NCBI GenBank assembly: GCA_029762535.1
Contig: JARVGK010000011.1
Location: 1 to 47,336 of the forward strand
Origin: Thermoplasmatota archaeon
GTDB lineage: Archaea > Thermoplasmatota > Penumbrarchaeia > Penumbrarchaeales > Penumbrarchaeaceae
Length of the DNA stretch: 47,336 nucleotides
Direction of reading: 5' to 3'
Shown here: piece after piece, positions 18,668 to 28,200 of the stretch
Layout of the letters: each line of letters starts with the position of its first letter
How positions within the stretch are numbered: position 1 is the first letter of the stretch
The notes under the pieces: generated by a model
Databases searched by the model: none
Seen by the model: the letters and a program-made list of their open reading frames with translations, nothing else
Told to the model about the DNA's origin: nothing
Made by a program: the position numbers and the translations under genes

Positions 18668-19228
18668 TCAGAAAAGCAAATGGTCCGAAAGGGTCCATAT
18701 CCCGATGCACATCAGAATGACGCCTCCAGCTATCTCAGCTGCGAATCCCAGAATGGACGAGGACCTGATACCGATCAGAACCCCGGCCGCCGAGAGAACG
18801 AACGTCGTTATGAGGATAAAGGCAAGCAGGGGGATGATCCCAGCCCCCAATATAGCGATCCCCGTCCCGATGACGAAGGCATCGATGCTGGTGGCGAATC
18901 CCATGGCAATGATCTCAGGGTTCGTCATATGACGGCATTCCCTGTTCTCCCTTCTCGCCTTGAACGATTCATGGACCATCCTGATCCCTACGATCATGAG
19001 AAGGGCGAAGGTGATCCACGGTCCGGCCCTCGTGATCCAACCGAACAGGAGCGAGCCCAGAAGATAGCCGATCGCGGTCATCGCCGTCTGAACGATGGCG
19101 AAGACCGCCGAGACCTTGAGGGCGGCCCTCATGATCCCCTTGACGCCCCTGGTCCCGCAGGCGAAGGACGAGGCGAAGGAGTCCATGCTCAATCCTAGCG
19201 CGATCATGAACATGTAAAGCGGACCCAT
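18668..19228 (-). CDS. mntP: Manganese efflux pump MntP family
   Basis: Duplicated motifs IALGLSMDSF and ATSIDAF, AEIAGGVILMCIG, about six hydrophobic helices. GGGGAG RBS before ATG 19228. Confidence 0.88.
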   Translation of the reverse strand: MGPLYMFMIALGLSMDSFASSFACGTRGVKGIMRAALKVSAVFAIVQTAMTAIGYLLGSLLFGWITRAGPWITFALLMIVGIRMVHESFKARRENRECRHMTNPEIIAMGFATSIDAFVIGTGIAILGAGIIPLLAFILITTFVLSAAGVLIGIRSSSILGFAAEIAGGVILMCIGIWTLSDHLLF

Positions 19229-19305
19229 TGGAACTCCCCAGTCGATGGCCGTATATAAAAATTGCACCCGTCCAATTAATATGGGCACAGGGCGATTACC
19301 TGGAC

Positions 19306-20034
19306 ATGAGCTTTCGCATGGCCCACATATCGGATCTCCATTTCGCCTCCGGACACTTCAGGGAGGACTGGTGGATAGGTCTCCTTGGGATCATGGACGA
19401 TCTTGGACCCGACCTTGTGATCGTCACAGGGGACCTGACCATGGACGGACATGTCCCGGAATATGAAAAAGCCGCTACCTTTCTCAAGGATATGAAATGG
19501 CCCATGCTCGTGGTCCCGGGCAATCATGATTCCATGAACCAGGGGCATGTGATATTCAAGGAGATGTTCGGGACCAGGAAACCATACTTCGAGAACGGTG
19601 ACGTGGCGGTGCAGGGACTCGATTCCTCGATGCCGGACCTTCACGAGGGAGAGATCGGCAGGCATAATTATCCTCTGATATCGAAGCTTGGCGATAAAGA
19701 CAAGGTCAGGATCGTCGCGATGCATCATCACGCGATCCCCGTGCCCGGCACGGGGAGGGAATTGAACATACTGATGGATTCAGGGGATTTCCTGAGGACG
19801 TGCATGGACTCCGGGGTCAATGCCGTCCTCTCGGGGCATCGCCATCTACCGTGGGTGTGGAACCTTCAGGGGATCTATTTCATCACAGCGGGGACCGCCT
19901 GTACGAGCAGACTCAAGGGAAGGAGCCATCCATCTTTCAATTCCATGGAGATCGAGAACGGGGACCTCTCCGTCTCCCGATTCGACGTGGATACGGGAGA
20001 GAGGGTCGATCTCATCAGGGATCGATCCGGATAG
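19306..20034 (+). CDS. Calcineurin-like metallophosphoesterase (Icc/CpdA-like)
   Basis: Motifs HISDLH, TGDLT, PGNHD, MHHH, SGHRH. Probable start ATG 19306. Confidence 0.88.
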   Translation: MSFRMAHISDLHFASGHFREDWWIGLLGIMDDLGPDLVIVTGDLTMDGHVPEYEKAATFLKDMKWPMLVVPGNHDSMNQGHVIFKEMFGTRKPYFENGDVAVQGLDSSMPDLHEGEIGRHNYPLISKLGDKDKVRIVAMHHHAIPVPGTGRELNILMDSGDFLRTCMDSGVNAVLSGHRHLPWVWNLQGIYFITAGTACTSRLKGRSHPSFNSMEIENGDLSVSRFDVDTGERVDLIRDRSG

Positions 20035-20109
20035 AAGGGGGATCCGCCTTTTATGTTTCACCCCCCCCGGGGAAAGACATATACATGACGGTATATCATC
20101 TTCCTCAAG

Positions 20110-23100
20110 ATGGAAGGCCCAGTATGTTCCGAGTCCATGAGCCGCTATTTCCAGAGCCTCAAGGAGGAGGCCGAGAGAGCGGCCTCCATCGCCAGGAGCG
20201 CCCGCTCCAGGGGGCTTGATCCCGTCAAGGAGGTGGAGATCCCATTCGCCGACGATCTCGCGGGCAGGGTCGAGAACCTGGTGGGGCCTCCCGGCGTCGC
20301 AGGAAGGATCCGCGAGAAGGCCTCCAAGATGAGCAGGGAGAAGCTCACACTCACCATTGCCGAGGAGGTCGCACGCGATCTCCTTGCCGGCGGCAGCGAC
20401 AAGCAGAAAGCGCTCGATCAGGCCACCAGGACCGGCCTTGCGATCCTCACCGAGGGAGTTCTCGTCGCACCTCTTGAGGGCATAGCCGAGGTCGCACTCG
20501 GCAGGAACATCGATGGAACGGATTACGCCGATATATATTTCGCAGGACCGATCCGCGCCGCAGGAGGCACGGCCCAGGCGATGTCCGTACTCATCGCCGA
20601 CATCGTTCGCCGATCGCTCGACATCGGCACCTTCAAGGTCACGGACCAGGAGGTCTCCAGATACGTGGAGGAGTTCCAGCTCTACAGGAACCTCCAGTAC
20701 AGGCCGGATAGGCATGAGATAGAGAAGGTGGTCCGGTCCTGCCCCGTATGCATAAACGGCGAGGGTACCGAGAAGACGGAGGTGCAGGGGAACAGAGACC
20801 TTCCACGTGTCCCCACCAACCAGGTCCGCTCGGGGATCTGTCTGGTCATAGCCGAAGGCGTTCTACTCAAGGCCAAGAAGATGATGAAGATCATAAAGCA
20901 GGAGGAGATCAAGGGCTGGGAGTTCTTGGGGGATCTCGGCTCGAAAAAGAATGAGGAGGATAGGTCCGAAAAACCCAGATCGGATCTGGAGGACATACCC
21001 CTGGACGATCTGGACGAGGAGGCGGAGGAGGCCATCTCGTCCACATTGGAGGACGGCGAGGACCTGATGAACTTCATATTCACGGAGGACGGATCGGAGA
21101 AGGAGGGGATCACCCTCATTGACAAGGGGATCTCCCCCAAGGTACAGGTCGCGGTCAAGTACATAAAGGACCTCATCGCGGGGAGGCCGGTGTTCTCCCA
21201 TCCCAGCCGCCCTGGCGGGTTCCGCCTCAGATACGGGAGGGGAAGGACCTGCGGCCTGGCATCCATAGGCATCAACCCTTTGACCCTTGAGGTTACCCAG
21301 CAGTTCCTGGCCACGGGCACGCAGATCAAGATCGAACGCCCCGGAAAGGCCGGAGCCGTCACTCCAGTGGACAGCATCGACGGTCCCATCGTTCTTCTCG
21401 ATAACGGGGACCTCGTCAGGGTCTCGAGCGAGGAGATACTGGAAAGGGTCAGGTCCAGGATCAGGCAGATCACGGACGTGGGAGAGATATTGATCCCCTT
21501 CGGGGAGTTCGCCGAGAACAACCACCCCCTCGTCCAGGGCTCCTACACGACCGAGTGGTGGGAGGAGGAACTGAGATGCGCCCTTTATATGGAGAGAGAG
21601 GGGATGAGCGATCATCCCTTCGAGGAGTCCCTCCACCTGGAAGAGGAGATGGACAGGATCAAGAAGAAATCCCTAAAGGATATCGATCCCTCCGATCCTG
21701 GATCCTTGAAGGCCGCCGAGGAGAGTATGGACCGGAGCGTCCGGTCCTACCTGAGGGAAGCCGCAGGCAGGGCCAAGGAGCATGACGGGAGAATGCACTC
21801 CATCGATATCTCCCATCTTCTACCCAAAGATCCGCTTCAGGCCTTCGAATTGAGCGAGCGTTACTCGATCCCGCTCCATCCCGACCTCAACCTGTTCTGG
21901 CACGATATATCCCTAATGGAACTGAACATGCTCAGAAAGAATGTTCTGGAATCCGGGTCCATGGAGAACGGCGTTCTATCGTTGAAGAGGGATGATGGGA
22001 TTAAAAGCATTCTCATCGCTTTGGGCTGCCCTCACAGGGATACGTCCTCGGCATTCTCACTGGATGGGATGTCATATCCGATCCTGCGCTGCCTGGGGAT
22101 AACGGAGGACCTCAGAAGCACCCGCATACCGCCCAAGTTCAGCCGATGCACGAACGTAATGGAGGCCGTTTGCCTTCTGTCCGGCGTCAGGATCAGGGAG
22201 AAGGCCCCGACCAGGATCGGTGCGCGCATGGGACGGCCCGAAAAGGCCGACGTAAGGAAGATGAAACCTCCCGTCCACGCTCTTTACCCGGTCGGCATGC
22301 AGGGAGGGCCGCAGAGGCTGGTGAACAAGACGTTCGATGTCAATAAGGACGAACAGTTCGGGGCCAGGACATCGGCCCATCAGCTCATCTCCTCGAATGC
22401 GATCCCGAGGCTTTGTCGAAGATGCAACAGGATATCCGCATACACGTTCTGTCCCGATTGTGGAGAGGACACGTGGGTGGAGACCGGCGGCACAAGAGAG
22501 CATATGCTGATCGATACGAAGAATGACGCCGAGAGGGCGCTGAGGACGCTGGGGATCCCGTCGATCGGGGCGATCCCCCACACCAAAGGGGTCAAGGGCC
22601 TGATATCGAGGGAGAAGGTACCGGAAAGGCTGGAGAAGGGCATACTAAGAGCTAAGCACTCCGTCTTCGTGTTCAGGGACGGGACCATACGCTACGACAT
22701 GACGGACATCACCATGACCCATTTCAAACCCTCGGAGATCGATGCCCCTGTAGAGAGGCTCATCGATATGGGATACGAAAAGGACATACACGGAAAGGAA
22801 CTGACCGATGGGGACCAGGTCCTGGAGCTGAAGGTCCAGGACATAGTGGTGAACGAGGGATGCGGCGATTACCTCCTGAGCGTCAGCCGTTTCGTTGACG
22901 ATGAGCTTCGGCTAATGTACGGCCTGGAACCATACTACAACGCACGATCCAGAAAGGACCTAATCGGCGCCCTCGCGATCGGTCTCGCCCCGCATACATC
23001 CGGAGGGGTCCTCTGCCGGATAGTGGGGTTCACCAAGGCCCAGGGTTGTTTCGGGCACCCTTACTTCCATGCCGCAAAGCGCAGGAACTGCGACGGGGAC

Positions 23101-23868
23101 GAGGACGCAATAATGCTCCTCATGGACGGCCTCATCAACTTCTCGAAAAAGTTCCTCCCGGAAAAAAGAGGAGGGCAGATGGATGCGCCCCTGGTCCTTT
23201 CCATGAGACTCGATCCCTTCGAGGTGGACAAGGAAGCGCACAACGTTGACGTTTCGTTCAGGTACCCTTTGGATTTCCACAATGCCACCCTCAGGGGTGT
23301 TAAGGTTAACGAATACTGGATGCTGCGCTTGGATTCCATCAAGGGCAGGCTTGGCACCATCGATCAGTACGAAGGTTTCGGGTTCTCGGCCCCCACGAAC
23401 GATATCAACGGTTCCCCGGCGATCTCCGCATACAAGACCATCAACGTGACCCTCGAAAAGATCAACAGGCAGCTGGAGCTTGCAAGGATGATACGCGCCG
23501 TGGACGAGGACGATGTCGCAGAGAGGGTGTTATCCACTCACCTACTTCCCGATATGATAGGGAACCTGCGCTCTTTCGCCACGCAATCGTTCCGCTGCGG
23601 GAAATGCGGGGCGAAGTACAGAAGGATCCCACTTGCGGGCAGGTGCATCAACATGGTCCGAGTACCTCATCCGCATAGATGCAACAACAAGCTCATACTG
23701 ACCGTGAGCGAGGGATCGGTCAAGAAATACCTGAAGATATCAAGGGACATCTCACAAAAATACAAAGTGTCGGAATACCTGAGACAGAGGATAGAGCTGA
23801 TCGGCAGGAACATCGATATCATGTTCCCCGAGCAGTACAAGGACAGCACACTTGACAAGTTCATGTGA
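20110..23868 (+). CDS. polC: Archaeal DNA polymerase D large subunit (DP2), intein-free
   Basis: Motifs AILTEGVLVAPLEGI, YFAGPIRAAGGTAQA, GRPVFSHPS..GGFRLRYGR, IGARMGRPEK, DGTIRYD, GLAPHTSGG, HPYFHAAKRRNCDGDED, RGGQMDAPL. C-terminal Zn finger CGKC...C and a PIP-like TLDKFM end. Confidence 0.98.
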   Translation: MEGPVCSESMSRYFQSLKEEAERAASIARSARSRGLDPVKEVEIPFADDLAGRVENLVGPPGVAGRIREKASKMSREKLTLTIAEEVARDLLAGGSDKQKALDQATRTGLAILTEGVLVAPLEGIAEVALGRNIDGTDYADIYFAGPIRAAGGTAQAMSVLIADIVRRSLDIGTFKVTDQEVSRYVEEFQLYRNLQYRPDRHEIEKVVRSCPVCINGEGTEKTEVQGNRDLPRVPTNQVRSGICLVIAEGVLLKAKKMMKIIKQEEIKGWEFLGDLGSKKNEEDRSEKPRSDLEDIPLDDLDEEAEEAISSTLEDGEDLMNFIFTEDGSEKEGITLIDKGISPKVQVAVKYIKDLIAGRPVFSHPSRPGGFRLRYGRGRTCGLASIGINPLTLEVTQQFLATGTQIKIERPGKAGAVTPVDSIDGPIVLLDNGDLVRVSSEEILERVRSRIRQITDVGEILIPFGEFAENNHPLVQGSYTTEWWEEELRCALYMEREGMSDHPFEESLHLEEEMDRIKKKSLKDIDPSDPGSLKAAEESMDRSVRSYLREAAGRAKEHDGRMHSIDISHLLPKDPLQAFELSERYSIPLHPDLNLFWHDISLMELNMLRKNVLESGSMENGVLSLKRDDGIKSILIALGCPHRDTSSAFSLDGMSYPILRCLGITEDLRSTRIPPKFSRCTNVMEAVCLLSGVRIREKAPTRIGARMGRPEKADVRKMKPPVHALYPVGMQGGPQRLVNKTFDVNKDEQFGARTSAHQLISSNAIPRLCRRCNRISAYTFCPDCGEDTWVETGGTREHMLIDTKNDAERALRTLGIPSIGAIPHTKGVKGLISREKVPERLEKGILRAKHSVFVFRDGTIRYDMTDITMTHFKPSEIDAPVERLIDMGYEKDIHGKELTDGDQVLELKVQDIVVNEGCGDYLLSVSRFVDDELRLMYGLEPYYNARSRKDLIGALAIGLAPHTSGGVLCRIVGFTKAQGCFGHPYFHAAKRRNCDGDEDAIMLLMDGLINFSKKFLPEKRGGQMDAPLVLSMRLDPFEVDKEAHNVDVSFRYPLDFHNATLRGVKVNEYWMLRLDSIKGRLGTIDQYEGFGFSAPTNDINGSPAISAYKTINVTLEKINRQLELARMIRAVDEDDVAERVLSTHLLPDMIGNLRSFATQSFRCGKCGAKYRRIPLAGRCINMVRVPHPHRCNNKLILTVSEGSVKKYLKISRDISQKYKVSEYLRQRIELIGRNIDIMFPEQYKDSTLDKFM

Positions 23869-23934
23869 TCCTAACAATTCAGGTATAATCAAGATATTCC
23901 ACCGGTTTTAGACATTATATAACGAGGTGTTCAA

Positions 23935-24498
23935 ATGATCAAGATTGGTTCAGTAATACCGGATCTCGAAGCCGAAGCGCTTGTCGAATACGAGTTCAGG
24001 AAGGTCAGGTTCTCAGAGTACCGTGGGAAATGGCTGGCCATAGCCTTCTATCCCGCGGATTTCACCTTCGTCTGCCCCACCGAGCTCGAGGAGCTTGCGA
24101 TCATGCAACCAAAGTTCGATGAGATCGGGGCCCAGATACTTTCAGTATCCACCGACACCCATTTCACCCACTTCGCGTGGCACGAGAGCTCTCCGGCGAT
24201 AGGAAAGGTGAGATACCCCATGCTGGCAGATCCCACAAGGAGGATATCCGAAGCGTTCGGGACCTTGATAGAAGAGGAGGGACTATCCCTCAGGGCCACC
24301 TTCATCGTCGATCCGGAAGGGGTCTTGAGGTCAATGCACATACACGACAATTCCATCGGAAGGTCGGCGAGAGAGATCCTTCGTCAGGTCCAGGCCGCAA
24401 AGCACGTCAGGGAACATCCAGGCGAGGTTTGCCCTGCCAGCTGGGAGCCGGGAGAGGAGACGTTGAGCCCGGGGCCCTCCCTGATCGGCAAGATATAG
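23935..24498 (+). CDS. ahpC: 2-Cys peroxiredoxin (AhpC/Prx1)
   Basis: FYPADFTFVCPTE, STDTHFTH.AW, RATFIVDP, GRS..E, GEVCPASW. GAGGTG RBS. Confidence 0.95.
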   Translation: MIKIGSVIPDLEAEALVEYEFRKVRFSEYRGKWLAIAFYPADFTFVCPTELEELAIMQPKFDEIGAQILSVSTDTHFTHFAWHESSPAIGKVRYPMLADPTRRISEAFGTLIEEEGLSLRATFIVDPEGVLRSMHIHDNSIGRSAREILRQVQAAKHVREHPGEVCPASWEPGEETLSPGPSLIGKI

Positions 24499-24501
24499 CG
24501 C

Positions 24502-25137
24502 TCATGTCCTGAATATCGTCAATGGCCCCCTGATCTCGACCTCCGAGAAGGAGAATGCCTCCTTTATCCAGTGCATCGTCCGTGCGCTGTAGAAGAATAC
24601 GTGGGTCGGGTCCTCTTTGTAATACCATTTATTGAAATCTATGCTATCAGAATAGATCGATGTTGAACAATACAGTCCGCCCCCTTCCATCAGTATCGAT
24701 CTGAGGAGCCCGAACTCCTTGGCAGGATCGTGGAAATGCTCTATCACCTCGCTTGAGGCGATGTATCCGTATCTCCTTCCCAACAGGTCCGGATCGTTCT
24801 TGAAGAATGGATCGTAGGACCATACATCATATCCCCTCTCTTTTAGCAAGAAACTGACGATAGGGACCTTCCCGCAACCGAAATCCAGCCCAGGATCGTC
24901 CGGACCGTTATCCTTGCACACCGCATCGACCAATGGCGAAACGAACGCCCGATAACCTGGATCATCGACGTCGTTTTGGTGTTTCTGATAACGATCCCTC
25001 TCTTCGTCGTGGGTTGGATGAAGGGACGGGTCCAAGAATATACCCCCACAGGTCGGGCATCTGTGATATTCTCTACCTCGTATGATGGTGAAATCCTCGG
25101 ACATGGAGGAGCATAGGAGGCATCGTGAGTACATCAT
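24502..25137 (-). CDS. Class I SAM-dependent methyltransferase with N-terminal Zn ribbon
   Basis: CLLC...CPTC, Y..H.N...DPGY..F, GLDFGCG, YDPFF, EVIEHF..P, WYY..DPTHVFFY. Confidence 0.85.
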   Translation of the reverse strand: MMYSRCLLCSSMSEDFTIIRGREYHRCPTCGGIFLDPSLHPTHDEERDRYQKHQNDVDDPGYRAFVSPLVDAVCKDNGPDDPGLDFGCGKVPIVSFLLKERGYDVWSYDPFFKNDPDLLGRRYGYIASSEVIEHFHDPAKEFGLLRSILMEGGGLYCSTSIYSDSIDFNKWYYKEDPTHVFFYSARTMHWIKEAFSFSEVEIRGPLTIFRT

Positions 25138-25150
25138 ACTACCTCGATAC

Positions 25151-25190
25151 AAAGAAAAATGGAGGGCCTCCTCCTCGGTAGAGGCCCCAT
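25151..25190 (-). terminator. Putative hairpin + U-tract terminator after the FG-GAP gene
   Basis: The minus strand reads ATGGGGCCTC-TACCGAGGAG-GAGGCCCTCCAT-TTTTCTTT, beginning about 15 nt after the stop. Confidence 0.5.
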
Positions 25191-25204
25191 ATCCTTCATG
25201 AAGC

Positions 25205-28200
25205 TCATACGTTTATTATCTCGCCGCAGAGAGAGCACTCGACCGAGGTCGCTCCCTCGGCGACCGGGACCTCGGATCCGCACAGCGAGCATGTGACTAT
25301 CTTTCCTCCGGATGATGGGGGCTCCTGCTCGGATACGCTCTCCTCCATCGAGGGGGCCGCAGGTGCGGGTGTCTCCATGTCCTCGAGATCGGGCTTGCTC
25401 ACCTTGGCCTCGGTCGGCTCCTCCTTATCCTCTTCAGGAGAGGGGGGCAGAAGGTCCTCTGACGGAGGCGCCTCGAGGATGAACTCGGATGCTTCGGCTA
25501 TGACCCCGGGAAGCGCCCATTGCACGGCCTCTATCGCAGGCAGGTCGTTGGTGGGAACTCCGGTGAGCACCTCGAACCTCCTGAGGTTCCTCTTGGCCAC
25601 CCTATGCTCGTTCCTGGCCCTCAGCCTCTCCCTGTCGGCCCTCTGCTTCAGGACGAATATCAATCCCACGATAAGGAACAGCAGGATGACGAGGAATATC
25701 ACAAGCCAAACGATCCAAGATGGGAGCAGATCCCTCCTCTCGGCTTTCCACTTGGTCGGATCCAGTGGGGCGTAGTCGAGCGAATCGATGACGCCATCGC
25801 CATCGGTGTCAGGGTTCCTGGGGTCCGTCTCGCCAGGATCGACCAATCCGTTGCGGTTCTTGTCCTCCTCGATATTGAGCAAGCCATCGCCATCGATATC
25901 GTCGTCCCAGATGTCCGGTATCCCATCCCCATCCGTGTCTATGTATTCCACGGACAGGTATACCTTGAGGGGTATGGAGAAGGTTACGTTGGACTTGCCG
26001 TCCGATATGGCGAGGGTTATCAGATGATTACCTGCCGAAAGCGTTCTGTATATGACCGGGTCGGTGCCCAGGTAACCGTCGATATCGGAGTACCAGAGAT
26101 ACGTCAGCTTGTCATCGTCCGCATCCTGGGATGTCGAGCCGTCGAAATGTATCAGAGACGATGTGTCGAAGTCCTGATTGGGCAGGGGCGTCGTGATGAT
26201 CGGAACCGGCTCGCTGTTACGGCGGACCTCGGTCACCTCTACGGGTATGTCATCGGAGTAGGTCCATCCGTTGCCGGCGATGTCCTTGGCCCTCCATTTG
26301 ATGTAGTTCACCGTGTCCCTGTTGAAGTACAAGGGTGGGGTTTGAGCAGTTATTGATTCGTAGGTGCCAGATAGGTCGAGGCTTTCCCACGGTCCGTAGT
26401 TCGAAACGCCGTTGTAGGACACCGAATACTGTATGGTGCTCGCATCCACGCCCGATCCTATCAAGGGAACCCTGTCGGTGACCGTTATCCCACAGACCAC
26501 GTAGCTCGAATCCTGCGGCAGTTCCGGGGTTGCCTCCATGTAGGAGATCGGGATCGTGTCAACCTTGACCTGGTAAGGCTCGGATTCCACATACCCATTG
26601 CCAGCGATATCCTTGGCCCTCCATTTCACATAGTTCCCCACACCGTCCCTGAGAGGTATGAACAGCTTGACGGTTATCCTGTCGCCCACCCTTCTTATGT
26701 TTGTGGGCTCCCATGCCCCAAAGGTCCTCGCACCGTCGCTGGATATGGCGTACTCGATAGAGCTTCCCAGAACCCCGGATCCTCCCTGATCGATCACCGT
26801 TATCTCGTAGGTGATGATCCTCTCGTTGACCCAGCTTCCTGGAGCGGGGTTCGGAGGCAGGAACACGGGAGCCTCCGCATCGTAATAGACGGATACGGAT
26901 TCTGCAGGACCGTAGTTCATAGCCTCGTCCATTGCCCAGACGTAGATCGTATTCCATCCTTCCATGAGACCCTTGAACTCGAACTTGGTCCTGTCGACGA
27001 ATGTACCTTCGGACGTACCGCCGGCGTCATAAGTGTTGTAGAGATATCCCACAATGTTGGACGTGTCATCAGAGGAGGGGGTCCAAACTATCCAGACGTC
27101 CGGATCATCATCGTAACCGGTCAGTTCATCGATGTCCGAATCCGCCCTGGCTATCAGATCCGTTGGGGCGTGGGGCAGGTCCACGTCCACCATATAGTAG
27201 AACATCAAACCACCAGTGACATCGTCCGCTTCCCCAACGAGGTCGACTATGGTGATGTATAGCTCCTCCTTCCCCGGAATGGGAAGGGTCTTGAAGGTGA
27301 AGTATATGTCCATTCCGGAGGAGCTAGAATTCAGGTACACGTTGCCCTTGTTATCCTCCATCTTAATGGAGAAATATGAGTTCGGAGGAGACGCCTCGGT
27401 TCCCTCGAAGACCACTCTGACCCCGGAGACCTCGATCGTCTCACCTCCCTGGACGAACGAACCTAGGCTCAAGCGCCCGTTTATGGCTCCGATGACCTGG
27501 AAGTCGCCGTGGAACGCAACATCGCATTCGACGCGGAACAGGGCAGGTTTGGAGAGCGATACCGAGAGTCCTTTCCCGGCCGCGATGTCAATGATCATAT
27601 CCATGGGCTCTTCCGTCGGCACTGTGGAGCGGAACGAGAGGTTCATGTACAGAAACATCCCCTTGCCCCCGTCCGGATTGACGGAGGTCGATTCTATATC
27701 AAGCAGTTCAAAGTTGTCCGTCCTCTCCCTTATCCGCATCAAGCCCCTGTCCCAGTAGAGTTCTATCTTCTCCCCTTCGATGTCACCGCCGTGCATTATC
27801 AAACTTATGTCGAGCTTGCTGAAATCCTCGAGCGACCATGTGTTCTCGACGTGGCCAACGAAATGGTATAGCTTGCCTGCGCCCAGTATGTTGCCGTTCT
27901 CCCCGTCGCCGTCCAAGAGGTCGAAATAGTTGAGCCGGACCTCCGTCTCTGTCTGATAGAAGAAGTATACGACTCCCGCGTTGGGCTGATATCCGGCAGC
28001 TGAAGCTCTGGAATCGGAAGTGACGACCTCGTACAGGCCATCCCCATCGAAATCCATTACAAGGAAAGCTGGTTTGAGGATATCGGCGAATCTCTGGGCT
28101 CCCGAAGGCCCCTTGAAGACCGTCGATGGGGTCTCGAACTTCATGTTATAAACATTGGGATCGGGCAGATCGTCCGTCTCCGACATGTAGAGAAGATAGT

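Noticed and set aside
18662-18673. Abutting or overlapping convergent stops (18667/18668, 9838-9862, 46064-46083)
   Set aside because: These are common in compact archaeal genomes and not informative on their own.
19306-20034. Phosphoesterase directly upstream of DP2 considered as the PolD small subunit DP1
   Set aside because: It is only ~242 aa and lacks the OB fold and the DP1 GD..DG.G.YP motif. Its motifs fit the Icc/CpdA-like family.
23050-23110. Possible intein in DP2
   Set aside because: HAAKRRNCDGDED is contiguous, and no splice-junction (C...HN) or LAGLIDADG motifs appear in the insertions.
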